Source: Armatimonadota bacterium | GTDB lineage: Bacteria; Armatimonadota; HRBIN16 | Direction of reading: 5' to 3' | DNA: 64,000 nt | Assembly (NCBI GenBank): GCA_963677485.1 | Contig: OY781964.1 | Location: 3,296,001-3,360,000 of the forward strand | Made by a program: the position numbers and the translations under genes | In this document: one piece after another, positions 9,058 through 18,614 of the stretch | Position numbering within the stretch: the stretch's first letter is position 1 | Layout of the letters: every line of letters begins with the position of its first letter | Notes under the pieces: model-generated | The model's input: the letters and a program-made list of their open reading frames with translations, nothing else | Told to the model about the DNA's origin: nothing | Databases searched by the model: none

Positions 9058-9089
9058 GATCGTAGTCTCGAGGTTGCAATTACATAAAT

Positions 9090-9647
9090 ATGTACAAAAA
9101 AGGCTCTATCATACGCAGGTGGGTTGTCGCGTTAGTCGTGGTAATCGCACTGTCATTAGGTGCCTTCCTGTTTTTATTTGAAGGGTATTTACATGAGCAT
9201 TACGTCATTGAGCTTCCAGGGGGGTATCGATGCCGGAACAACAACTTCTCCGGCGTCACTCCTGCTTTGATGGGTGTGATTATTGAACTCTACCAAGATC
9301 AAGCCTCTGTTATAAATTACGACCAATTAAAACTTAAGGTAGGACCTAATGTGAACGGTTATTGTGTTTACTCCAACACAATAGTTGGGATCGTAACGAT
9401 GCGGAGAAACAAGGATATATCAGCATATGATGCAATACATAATTTTACTATTCAAATATCTGAAATGCGACCTGGCTATTTCATCATCGACCTTCATACG
9501 AAACGTATTTTCGGCGGCCTTAGCAAGCGGGACTGGCTGGCGAAGCTCAAAACATACGGGATCACCACGGAACCAGCGTTGCATAAACCACACTGGATGG
9601 ACGAGTATCGAGGGTGGAATAAACCGGTGGACGTTCCTGCCCGATAA
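9090..9647 (+). CDS. membrane-anchored DUF3997-like protein, copy 2
   Basis: TM helix, then ELPGGY, VGPNVNGY and GYFIIDL...IFGGLSK. The 3' end is nearly identical to copy 1 at the DNA level. Confidence 0.65.
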   Translation: MYKKGSIIRRWVVALVVVIALSLGAFLFLFEGYLHEHYVIELPGGYRCRNNNFSGVTPALMGVIIELYQDQASVINYDQLKLKVGPNVNGYCVYSNTIVGIVTMRRNKDISAYDAIHNFTIQISEMRPGYFIIDLHTKRIFGGLSKRDWLAKLKTYGITTEPALHKPHWMDEYRGWNKPVDVPAR

Positions 9648-9739
9648 GATGGACCAATTCCAACAGATGAAGGATTCTGCGCCCGCTTGCTGGAAACAAT
9701 CAACAGTAACCACAAAACTAGCAGGTGCAGTCCCACAGT

Positions 9740-12370
9740 ATGAGTGATCCATCGCCCCGAGACACGACAAGGCAACTTAACTCGCCTGACGCCCGTAAAA
9801 CCCTCTTTGCGCTGGGATCGCTGGCAGAGGGGGCTTTGTTGTGTGATCGGTTCGTGGTGGTGCGTACATTCCGCCCGCATGAAACCGCCAGGCCAGGCGT
9901 GTTTCTGTGTGACGACGCCCAGCTAGGCCGCGTGGTCGTGAAGATACACCCCCTCGATATCCCGCCCGATCAACACCTGTGGAGCATGTTGCAGCAGATC
10001 AGGCATCCCAGTGTGGTGCCCATTCTGCACACGCTGCATTGGCAGGGGCTGTGGGTCGAGGTGCAGCCGTACCTGTCAGGCGGCAGCCTGGTCGACCGCT
10101 ACACGCAGAGCCTCACCGGTCTGGTGCAGATGCCGCTGCCATACATCGAGAACGGGTTGGTGCCCCAGATCAGCAGTGCTCTGGCGGCCCTGCACGAGCG
10201 CGGGATTGTGCACCGCGATGTGAAGCCGGGCAACATATTGATTCAACCCGAAGAGGGCGGCGACCACTACCTTCTGGGCGACTATGACATCAGCTCGCAG
10301 TTGGCTATCGATGTCCACACCCGACTGACATCACGCGCGGCGGGCACCTGGATATACACCGCGCCTGAGGCCTTCCCGCGGTATCGCGATGACAACGGCG
10401 AGTTGGGTGCTAAGGTGTCGCGGGCGAGTGACTACTACAGTCTGGGGGTCAGTCTGCTCGAGCTGTGTGTGGGCACCACCCCGCTGCACACCAGCCAGTT
10501 GCCGGATATGTATGACTTCTACCTGACTGGGAACCGCCTGGACCCCCCGGCATCGATCCCTCAACGGGTGCGCGAGCTGATCTCGGGGCTGCTGATCCGT
10601 CAGCCGCATCTGCGCTGGGGTGAGCCCGAACTCAGCCGATGGCTGAGGCATGGCACCACCGCCGAGGACCTTACCCGTATCGAACAGGCGCAGCACCAGC
10701 CTGTCAGCGGCAAAGTGGTGGTGGAGTTTCGGTATTACGATCAGATTGTGGAGAGCCCTGAGCATCTGGGCCAATTGATGGCGGGCGAACTCGACAAAGC
10801 CGCGTTCTACCTCGAACAGCCCGAGGGGCTGTGGAGCTGGCTCGGGCAGATCGACGTCAACCGGGCGGTCACCGTGCGTAAGCGGTTTGAAGCGGCCCGG
10901 TCAGCCGGCGGGGCCGAAATGCTGCTGGTCTGCCTGTCGAACCCCTCCGCGAGGTGCCTGGTCAACGGGGATGTTCTCCAAAATGCGGCGCAGTGGCTGG
11001 AGAACCATAAACAGCAGGCGCGCGCGAGCTGGGTGACCGACATGGAGCTGAATCGCCTGCTCTACTGGCTGGAGTTCCACCGTGACGGCGACCCAGCACT
11101 GGCAGAGAGACTGAAGCCCATCAAGAAGACCCCCCACTCGGTGCGGTTGTTCGAGATGCAGTGGGCGCTCTTCCCCGAGCTGCCCATCACCATCCGGCCG
11201 GGCTACACCGCGCAAACACCCGCCGAGTTTGCCCTGATCGCCTACGGCAAGGAGCCGGACTGGGCCAGCGGACGTTGTGAGAGCTATCAGCGTGCGATGG
11301 TGGTGTGGCAGGACGGGCTGCTTGAGGCCTGGCTGCGCCAGCGTGGTCTGCTCCAGCTTTCGGAGCGCAGCGAACAGATACGTCAGCAAAGCTCGGATCA
11401 GCCGATCATCGCCTTCGAGGAGCTGCTGTTGCAGCTCAACCCGGAGCTGCCCAAACCAGTGATCAGGGTGGATCACGCCTCTACGGTGCAGATATCATTT
11501 GCCACCTCAACCCCTATTCTGGTGCCGTATCACACCAAAGGCATGGGCAACCCCATCATTCAGGTCAAGTGGCGGGCTCAGCCGGAGCTGGTGCCCGCAC
11601 CAAATCCGCTGGTGGGCCGTGAGGGGCATATCAGCGCAGTGTTTGGTGCCCAGATGGGGCGGGCAAGGGCCTCTGGGGAGATGGCCTTCAGCCTGAGCAG
11701 CCACAATGCCATCGTGAGCCAGGAGCTGCACACCGTGCCGTTCCGCGTGGTCAATCCCAACGGCGACCTCATCCGGCAGATGATCATCTCTATCCTGGTC
11801 GGGATTGCGATCTTTTGGTTTAGCCGCTGGGTGATGTCCGTCACCGGTCTTCATGCCCCTTTTACGTACGAGCAGCTTGAAGTGAACGGCACGTGGCGTC
11901 CATACCGGCGTGCTGCCACAAACACCATGCTATCGGCGCAACTGGGCATTGCGGTCTGGGCCTCTCTGATGTCCATCGGCTGGCTTTGCCATCAGAGCGC
12001 CCGGATGCGTGTTGAGCGGCTTGCTATCGGCGATCCGAGCATGAGGGACCTCATCAACCGCGAGGTGATGGGCAGCATCGTGGCCTTCATCGGGATATCG
12101 GGGTTTGTCGGGCCATGGATGGCTTATATCCTGGACATCCTGACCAGCTCCAGGCTGACATCATCCCATCCCGCGTTGATGTGGGCTGTGTGGGGCGGGG
12201 TGCTCGGTGGGGTCGCGGGGTTCTGGCTGATCAGTCCCGTTCAAGGGCGCACCTATTGGCGCGGATGGGTGCTTCTGGCTGTCATCATTGTGATGGTGGT
12301 GTTGGCGGCCGTCACGATGATAATGATGCCTGATGTAGCCGTTCCGGTAGCGGCCACTGGCCTCGATTGA
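9740..12370 (+). CDS. Hanks-type Ser/Thr protein kinase with C-terminal multi-TM domain (paralog 1)
   Basis: VVVK, HRDVKPGN, GDYDIS (at the DFG position), YTAPE and SDYYSLG; several TM helices at the C-terminus. Start estimated at ATG 9740. Confidence 0.9.
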   Translation: MSDPSPRDTTRQLNSPDARKTLFALGSLAEGALLCDRFVVVRTFRPHETARPGVFLCDDAQLGRVVVKIHPLDIPPDQHLWSMLQQIRHPSVVPILHTLHWQGLWVEVQPYLSGGSLVDRYTQSLTGLVQMPLPYIENGLVPQISSALAALHERGIVHRDVKPGNILIQPEEGGDHYLLGDYDISSQLAIDVHTRLTSRAAGTWIYTAPEAFPRYRDDNGELGAKVSRASDYYSLGVSLLELCVGTTPLHTSQLPDMYDFYLTGNRLDPPASIPQRVRELISGLLIRQPHLRWGEPELSRWLRHGTTAEDLTRIEQAQHQPVSGKVVVEFRYYDQIVESPEHLGQLMAGELDKAAFYLEQPEGLWSWLGQIDVNRAVTVRKRFEAARSAGGAEMLLVCLSNPSARCLVNGDVLQNAAQWLENHKQQARASWVTDMELNRLLYWLEFHRDGDPALAERLKPIKKTPHSVRLFEMQWALFPELPITIRPGYTAQTPAEFALIAYGKEPDWASGRCESYQRAMVVWQDGLLEAWLRQRGLLQLSERSEQIRQQSSDQPIIAFEELLLQLNPELPKPVIRVDHASTVQISFATSTPILVPYHTKGMGNPIIQVKWRAQPELVPAPNPLVGREGHISAVFGAQMGRARASGEMAFSLSSHNAIVSQELHTVPFRVVNPNGDLIRQMIISILVGIAIFWFSRWVMSVTGLHAPFTYEQLEVNGTWRPYRRAATNTMLSAQLGIAVWASLMSIGWLCHQSARMRVERLAIGDPSMRDLINREVMGSIVAFIGISGFVGPWMAYILDILTSSRLTSSHPALMWAVWGGVLGGVAGFWLISPVQGRTYWRGWVLLAVIIVMVVLAAVTMIMMPDVAVPVAATGLD

Positions 12371-12442
12371 TGGACTATCTTCGGGTGGTTTAGAAAATAC
12401 CAACCCTGTCTTGGGTAATTGTTAGTATTCAAGAACATCATA

Positions 12443-12958
12443 GCCTATGTCCGGGGCGGTCTTTCAGGAAGCAAGCGGTGGCGGAGGGAAAAAGACCGCG
12501 CCGGTCTGGCGGATAGCCTGATATCCCTCGTCACGAACAGGTCAAGACCGGCGCGGTTAGGAGAAAACCGCCCCGGACTTAGGCAATAGCGCCGGTCTTG
12601 CGGAAAACCAGCAGTGCCTATGTCCGGGGCGGTCTTGCAGGAAGCTAGCGGTGACGGAGGGTAAAAGACCGCGCCGGTCTGGCGGATAGCCTGATATCGC
12701 TTGTCACGAATAGATCAAGACCGGCGCGGTTAGGAGAAAACCGCCCCGGACATAGCAACCAAGACCGGCGCGGTTAGAGAAAACCGCACCGGACATAGCA
12801 AATGAAAACTAGCAATGCCTAAGTCCGGGGCGGTCTTACAGGAAGCTAGCGGTGACGGAGGGTAAAAGACCGCGCCGGTCTGGCGGATAGCCTGATAGCC
12901 CTTGTCACGACTAGATCAAGACCGGCGCGGTTAGTAGAAAACCGCCCCGGACATAGGC
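12443..12958. repeat. array of three ~140-bp palindromic units plus a partial unit (REPIN/BIME- or MITE-like)
   Basis: Units at 12443-12584, 12616-12755 and 12817-12958, bounded by GCCTA(T/A)GTCCGGGGCGGT...ACCGCCCCGGAC(A/T)TAG(G)C; half unit at ~12760-12799. Confidence 0.85.
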
Positions 12959-13090
12959 AATCAAGACTGGTCTAGAAACATTCTTGCGACGCGGTCATGC
13001 GTGAGGCGATATACTTGGGTAGCATCGGCCTCCATTGGTGTATAGTGTTGTATGAAAAGGGAAATATGTCTGACTGATGGAGTGGTTATA

Positions 13091-15775
13091 TTGGCTGATC
13101 GCCCGACGGAAAAGATAGGCAACGACAACCCGACACAGCTTGTGGGCGGTGCCGTCGCGGCAGGCGGTGACGCCACCCGTGCGGTGCGCTCTTCCGACCA
13201 ACCCCGGGCCCAGGCATCACCCCGCTTCGCGCTGGGAGCACTGGCTGAGGGCACGATGCTGCTCGGTAGCTACAAGGTGGTGCAGACCTTCCGAGCGCAC
13301 GAAACCGGCCGCCCGGGCGTCTACCTGTGTGACACCGCCACCGGTCGGGTTGTGGTGAAGCTCTACCCCCTCGACTACCCGCCTGTGGCTGATGTTTGGG
13401 CCCAGACCGGGCAGTTGGTCCATCCGCATGTCGTACCCACCATCCGGCAGGTCATGCAGAACGGCCTTTTCTGCGATGTGATGCCCTATTATGAGAGCGG
13501 CTCGCTGGTGGAGGCGTATCAACAAGAAGGCTCGAACCTGCTGCAAGTGCCGATGGAGATCATCACAGACAGATTCGCTCCGCAGATACTCGATGCCCTG
13601 GCGTATGTCCATTCAATGGGGCTTGTCCACCGAGACATCAAACCGAGCAACATCCTGGTGGACGGCGTAGATGATCAGCCGGAGTTTCTTTTGGGTGACT
13701 TTGACATCAGCTCACAGCTTAACACCCAGCTTGATCAGCGCATCACCATGCGCGCCGCGGGCACTTGGACCTACACCGCCCCAGAGGCGTTCCCCAGATA
13801 CCAGGACGAAGAGGGCGTGGTCGGAGCCAAGGTAACGCGGGCATCTGACTACTACAGCCTGGGTGTGACGATGCTGGAGATGACCTGCGGTACCACTCCG
13901 CTGCACACCTGCTCACTACCCGATGTGTTTGACTTCTACCTCAGCGGTCAGAGGATTTCTGTGCCGTCGGAGCTGCCCGAGCGGTTGCGCACGTTGATCC
14001 AGGGCCTGCTCATCCGTCATCCGCAGCAGCGCTGGGGTGAAGCCGAAGTTGATCGTTGGCTTCAAAGCAATAACACCGCCGATGACATGCAGCGCATACA
14101 GGATTCTCAGGTCAGACCACTGAGTGCTAAGACAGAACCGCCATTTCAGTATCGTGATGAGGTTATGCAGAACCCTGAACAACTCGGTCAACTCATCGCT
14201 GACGACCTGGATGCAGCCACCACATTGCTGCGTCGTGCCGAAGGGTTGTGGGTCTGGCTGGGCAGGATCGATGTGAACCGGGCGGTGGCGATACGGAAGC
14301 GCGTGGAGGCGGCATCCGGCGGTGGAGCCGAAGTGATACTGGCCTGCCTGCTGAACCCGCACGTGGTATGCCATGTCGGCTCCCATGAGCTCAACACGGC
14401 CCAGCAGTGGTTTGACATGCTGGACAGTGCCCGCAGCGCATCAGTAAGCAATGCTGAGCTCTACCGGTTCCTCTACTGGCTGTATTACCATGCTGACGGT
14501 GATCGTGACTTGGCGAAGCGGATCATGCCGATCTTGAAGACGCTGGATGGCATCCGGTTATACGAGATTCGCTGGGCAATGTATCCCGGCACCCCGTTGA
14601 CAGTGTGTCAGGGCTATGATGCCCGCACTCCAGAGCAGTTGGCTTCCATCGCATACGGGCAGGAGGCGGACTGGAGCAGCGGACGATGCGACCAGTATGA
14701 ACGGGCGATGTCGCTCTGGCTGGATGGCATCGTGGAGGCCTGGCTGAGGCAGTTGGGCCATCAGCAGCTGGCGGTCCTCAGCAAAGCCAAACGCGATGCG
14801 AGTGCCGGCCAACCGGTGGCCGGTTTTGAAGAGGTTTTGCGTCTGATGAAACCCGGGCTTCGCAGGCCTGAAGTCAGTTTCCAGCTCCCAAGCTGCGTGA
14901 AGGTAGACTTCAAAATCCCAACCCGCGTGCGGGTTCCATATACCACCACGGGCCCAGGAAAACCTGTGATGCATGTCCAGTGGCAGCCACACAGTGGTTT
15001 AGATGCCGCCGCAGAACAATATGTGGAACGTGTTGGTCATGTGGAGGCGAAGCTCATTGCACAGGGTGGACAGCTTGAAGAGAAGGGTCGCGTTGGTTTT
15101 AGTGTCGAAAGCCCGAATGCAAAGCTCATCCCTGGCATGCACTGGCTGCCGTATGAGGTGGTCAACCCGAACGGGAGTATAGCCATTCAGATGGTCGCAT
15201 CGACTATTCTGGGCGGGTTGATATTTGGCGTGAGCCGGTCCATCATGGCGGCGATGGGTTACCACGGATTCTTTAGTATCGCTGGTGAACACGCCACCAG
15301 GACTCAGGATGGGCTCATGGGGCAGGCAGGGATGTTTATATTTGTGTCGCTGCTGGGAGCAGGGGTGACGGCTCATTGCGTGGTTCGTGACCGTGTGGAG
15401 AAGCTGCGGATTCAGATGGCTGACTTTGAAATCGTGGATTCCTCTGCGTATGCATATGATCCCGAATCGAGGGTGGAGGCCATGGCCGGTCAGTTGATGG
15501 TGCAACACCCATGGCTATCAGCCGGGATTCTGATCATCGTGGGCGGTCCGGTCTCAATTAGTGTGCTGGACTATGTCACGGGCTCGCTGCTCATCCCGTC
15601 AACCCCGCAAATCATGTGGACCTTTTGGGGACTAATATATGGTGCGGTGGCCGGTTTTTGGCTGGTGAGCCCTCTGCGGGGGCGTACCTACCTGCGCCTC
15701 CCTGTGCTGGCTGGCGTGGTTCTGCTGATGGCGGTGCTCGGTCTGGTGATCTACGGTTTGTGCCCACCACCGTAG
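13091..15775 (+). CDS. Hanks-type Ser/Thr protein kinase with C-terminal multi-TM domain (paralog 2)
   Basis: HRDIKPSN, GDFDIS and YTAPE; C-terminal TM helices. Probable TTG start at 13091 (GGAG upstream, aligns with MADRPT of paralog 3); ATG 13052 is the alternative. Confidence 0.9.
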   Translation: MADRPTEKIGNDNPTQLVGGAVAAGGDATRAVRSSDQPRAQASPRFALGALAEGTMLLGSYKVVQTFRAHETGRPGVYLCDTATGRVVVKLYPLDYPPVADVWAQTGQLVHPHVVPTIRQVMQNGLFCDVMPYYESGSLVEAYQQEGSNLLQVPMEIITDRFAPQILDALAYVHSMGLVHRDIKPSNILVDGVDDQPEFLLGDFDISSQLNTQLDQRITMRAAGTWTYTAPEAFPRYQDEEGVVGAKVTRASDYYSLGVTMLEMTCGTTPLHTCSLPDVFDFYLSGQRISVPSELPERLRTLIQGLLIRHPQQRWGEAEVDRWLQSNNTADDMQRIQDSQVRPLSAKTEPPFQYRDEVMQNPEQLGQLIADDLDAATTLLRRAEGLWVWLGRIDVNRAVAIRKRVEAASGGGAEVILACLLNPHVVCHVGSHELNTAQQWFDMLDSARSASVSNAELYRFLYWLYYHADGDRDLAKRIMPILKTLDGIRLYEIRWAMYPGTPLTVCQGYDARTPEQLASIAYGQEADWSSGRCDQYERAMSLWLDGIVEAWLRQLGHQQLAVLSKAKRDASAGQPVAGFEEVLRLMKPGLRRPEVSFQLPSCVKVDFKIPTRVRVPYTTTGPGKPVMHVQWQPHSGLDAAAEQYVERVGHVEAKLIAQGGQLEEKGRVGFSVESPNAKLIPGMHWLPYEVVNPNGSIAIQMVASTILGGLIFGVSRSIMAAMGYHGFFSIAGEHATRTQDGLMGQAGMFIFVSLLGAGVTAHCVVRDRVEKLRIQMADFEIVDSSAYAYDPESRVEAMAGQLMVQHPWLSAGILIIVGGPVSISVLDYVTGSLLIPSTPQIMWTFWGLIYGAVAGFWLVSPLRGRTYLRLPVLAGVVLLMAVLGLVIYGLCPPP

Positions 15776-15783
15776 GGGCAGGT

Positions 15784-15864
15784 CCCCTGGGAACGCCCCC
15801 TGGGAACGCCCCCTGGGAACGCCCCCTGGGAACGCCCCCTGGGAACGCCAATCTCCTGATTGGC
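15784..15864 (+). repeat. 5 x 13-bp tandem repeat (CCCCTGGGAACGC) running into a REP-like hairpin GCCAATCTCCTGATTGGC
   Basis: TGGGAACG at 15788, 15801, 15814, 15827 and 15840. An inverted single copy of the REP lies at ~32158-32183. Confidence 0.85.
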
Positions 15865-16028
15865 ACATTGTCCTACTCGTCCTACTCATCCTACATGTCC
15901 GGAACGGGAAATAAAACCACGAATGAACACGAATGAACGCGAATGCCCGGATTGTCTGAACCACGGATGACACGGATGGGGAGGGAAATGCCGTTTCGTG
16001 GGCGGGGCGTTGCGGAAGGTGGTTTTTT

Positions 16029-16091
16029 GGGCGGGGCGACCCCGCCCCTACGATTTTATGCGGCCACCGTAGGGGCGGGGTCTTCCCGCCC
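16029..16091. repeat. GTAG REP pair
   Basis: GGGCGGGGCGACCCCGCCCCTAC (16029-16051) and GTAGGGGCGGGGTCTTCCCGCCC (16069-16091). Confidence 0.75.
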
Positions 16092-16271
16092 TGGGCCTGC
16101 ACGCCCAGGGTCTCCCCGCTCGGGGTTCCGGCCCACACACGCCCCGCCCAAACCCATCGCCCACCTTGCGATCTGGCCCATCCGATAACGATGACCATCG
16201 GGCAGATGCGTAAGGCTCCAATTGTCAGTGCGTTGTGGTATAAATAACATGGTCTCTGAAGTTGGAGGCCG

Positions 16272-18614
16272 ATGGAGTTGCTCCCAGCAATGGCAGATCG
16301 TCCGACACAGAAAATAGGTAACGATAACCCGACACGGCTTGTGGGAGACGTTGTTGCGGCACCCGGCGATTCCACCCGTGCGGTGCGCTCAACCGATAAA
16401 CCCCGAGCCCAAGCCTCAACCCGTTTCGCACTGGGAGCCTTGGCTGAAGGCACCATGCTCTTCGGCGATTATAAAGTGGTGCAGACCTTCCGCGCACATG
16501 AAACAGGCCGCCCCGGCGTGTATCTGTGTGACACCGCCTCGGAGCGGGTCGTGGTGAAGGTCTACCCGTTGGATTTCCCGCCGTCTGCGGATGTCTGGGC
16601 CCAGATTGGACAGTTAAACCATCCGCATGTGGTGCGAATCGTTCGCCAGGTGCTGCAGGACGGCCTCTATTGCGATGTGCTGCAGTATTGTGAGTGCGGC
16701 TCGCTGGTTGAGGTGTATCTAAACAACGAAACAAAAATGCTGAAGGTTCCGATGGGCTCCATGCTAGATCGGTTCGCTCCGCAAATGCTGGATGCACTCA
16801 AGTATGTTCACTCCATGGGGCTTGTGCATCGCGACATCAAACCAAGCAATATACTAATAGAAGAGAACGCGGAAAATCCCGAATTTCTTCTTGGTGACTT
16901 CGATATCAGCTCCAAGCTGAGTTTGCAGCTCGATCAGCGCATCACCATGCGGGCCGCGGGCACTTGGACCTACACCGCGCCAGAGGCGTTCCCAAGATAC
17001 CAGGACGAAGAGGGCGTGGTGGGGGCGAAGGTGACGCGTGCCTCCGACTACTACAGCCTGGGCGTGACGATGCTGGAAATGGCCTGCGGAACCACTCCGC
17101 TGCACACATGCAAACTACCGGATATGTTCGACTTCTATCTGAGCGGACAGAAGATCGACGTGCCGTTGAGCATACCCGAGAGGCTTCGACTGCTTATCCA
17201 GGGGCTTTTGATACGCAACTCCAGCCAGCGCTGGGGTGAGGCGCAGGTCGGCCGGTGGCTGACGGGCACGAACACCGATGTCGATGTGCAGCTCATCACC
17301 GATGACCGCGAACACAGCCCCTTCAGCAAGGCGGCGGGCGATGCCTACTCGTTTGGCGCGCAGCACGCAAGGAGTTTCAGCCAGTTGGCGGAGATGTTTG
17401 CCGCGGACCCTGAGATGGCTGCGGACCACCTGCGCATGAGCGATGCGCTTTACCAGTGGGTGGGGCAGCGTGATACCAGCCTGGCCATATTGTTGCGCAA
17501 GGATGTTCAGAAATACATCAACCATCCTGACCTGGCAATGATCGGCGCCTGTCGGCTGGACCCCAACGCGCCGATGATCTTCTTCAACGGATTGCCTGTG
17601 CGGACGGCCGAACAGTGGCTTTCCGAGGCGGAGCGGATATACCCACAGCGTAAAGAACCGGACTGCTGGCTGGATGAAAAAGAGGCCGAGCGTTTGCTGC
17701 TATGGCTGCAGAGGCGTGGAGCTGCCGACCGTGATATCGCCAGACGGCTGGAGGGTTTGGAAGTCCGTAACCCGGAGTGCCGGTTGGCTGAGGTCAGCTT
17801 TGTAATTGACCCGCGCCGCGGCATCAGCCTGGCGGAAGGTGTGACGGTGTCGCACCCTGTCGATTTTTCGACCATGGCCTACGGTGATGAGCAGAGCTGG
17901 ACTAACGGGATACCGGCGTGCTATGAGCAGGCATACCGCGTGTGGAGCACAGGGATTCTGGAGGCATGGTTCCGGCAGCGCGGACTGACGGCTCTGGCCG
18001 TGCGCTGCGCTGATCTGAAGGAGACAATGCGTGACACTCCTTACGGGGCCTTCGAGACCATACTTCGGGTGATCAATCCGAAGTTGCCCACGGTGAAGGT
18101 CAGTTTTGAGCGCATTCCGCCGGTGACACTGGTGTATGGTAAGCCGACGCGAGTGGCGTTAAACTACCACACTATCGGCCCCGGATGTCCGCTGATGCGG
18201 TTTGTCGGCATGGGTGATAAAGATGAGGCGTATCTGGAAACCCCAGTGATAGGCTCGCGTGAAGGCCAGGTTTGGGTGAAGCTGACCGGGATGGTAACAC
18301 TTAAGGGTGTACCGCGTCTGATGGATATTAAAAGCACGGGTCCTTTTTCGAAACTGGTGGGTGGAGAGCCGACGCTTACCTATGAAGTGGTTACCAACTC
18401 GCGTATGTTTGGTGTCTATGTGGGCTGGAGTGCTGCGTATGGACTGCTAGGTCTTTGGCTGCCCAGGCAGTTGATGCAATACACTGGTATTAACGAGTTA
18501 GATTTTGAACTTCGCCGCATTGCTGCGGCAATAGGTATGGTTGTTCTGGCAGTGATGATATTTCTCGGCAGAATGATGTATCTATCAGCCCTAAAATCGG
18601 CGGAGGAAGAGTAG
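16272..18614 (+). CDS. Hanks-type Ser/Thr protein kinase (paralog 3; last TM block encoded separately)
   Basis: HRDIKPSN, GDFDIS and YTAPE; kinase domain very similar to paralog 2; two TM helices at the C-terminus. Confidence 0.9.
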   Translation: MELLPAMADRPTQKIGNDNPTRLVGDVVAAPGDSTRAVRSTDKPRAQASTRFALGALAEGTMLFGDYKVVQTFRAHETGRPGVYLCDTASERVVVKVYPLDFPPSADVWAQIGQLNHPHVVRIVRQVLQDGLYCDVLQYCECGSLVEVYLNNETKMLKVPMGSMLDRFAPQMLDALKYVHSMGLVHRDIKPSNILIEENAENPEFLLGDFDISSKLSLQLDQRITMRAAGTWTYTAPEAFPRYQDEEGVVGAKVTRASDYYSLGVTMLEMACGTTPLHTCKLPDMFDFYLSGQKIDVPLSIPERLRLLIQGLLIRNSSQRWGEAQVGRWLTGTNTDVDVQLITDDREHSPFSKAAGDAYSFGAQHARSFSQLAEMFAADPEMAADHLRMSDALYQWVGQRDTSLAILLRKDVQKYINHPDLAMIGACRLDPNAPMIFFNGLPVRTAEQWLSEAERIYPQRKEPDCWLDEKEAERLLLWLQRRGAADRDIARRLEGLEVRNPECRLAEVSFVIDPRRGISLAEGVTVSHPVDFSTMAYGDEQSWTNGIPACYEQAYRVWSTGILEAWFRQRGLTALAVRCADLKETMRDTPYGAFETILRVINPKLPTVKVSFERIPPVTLVYGKPTRVALNYHTIGPGCPLMRFVGMGDKDEAYLETPVIGSREGQVWVKLTGMVTLKGVPRLMDIKSTGPFSKLVGGEPTLTYEVVTNSRMFGVYVGWSAAYGLLGLWLPRQLMQYTGINELDFELRRIAAAIGMVVLAVMIFLGRMMYLSALKSAEEE

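Noticed and set aside
8820-9705. Diversity-generating retroelement TR/VR pair
   Set aside because: Differences between the duplicated blocks are not adenine-specific, and there is no reverse transcriptase in the window.
12443-12958. Possible CRISPR array
   Set aside because: The units are ~140 bp, palindromic and nearly identical throughout. There are no unique spacers of regular length and no cas genes.
15784-15849. Possible mini-CRISPR or coding repeat (ORFs 15612-15866, 15616-15936, 15632-16456)
   Set aside because: These are head-to-tail 13-mers with no spacers. The ORFs are translations of repeat DNA or of antisense kinase sequence.
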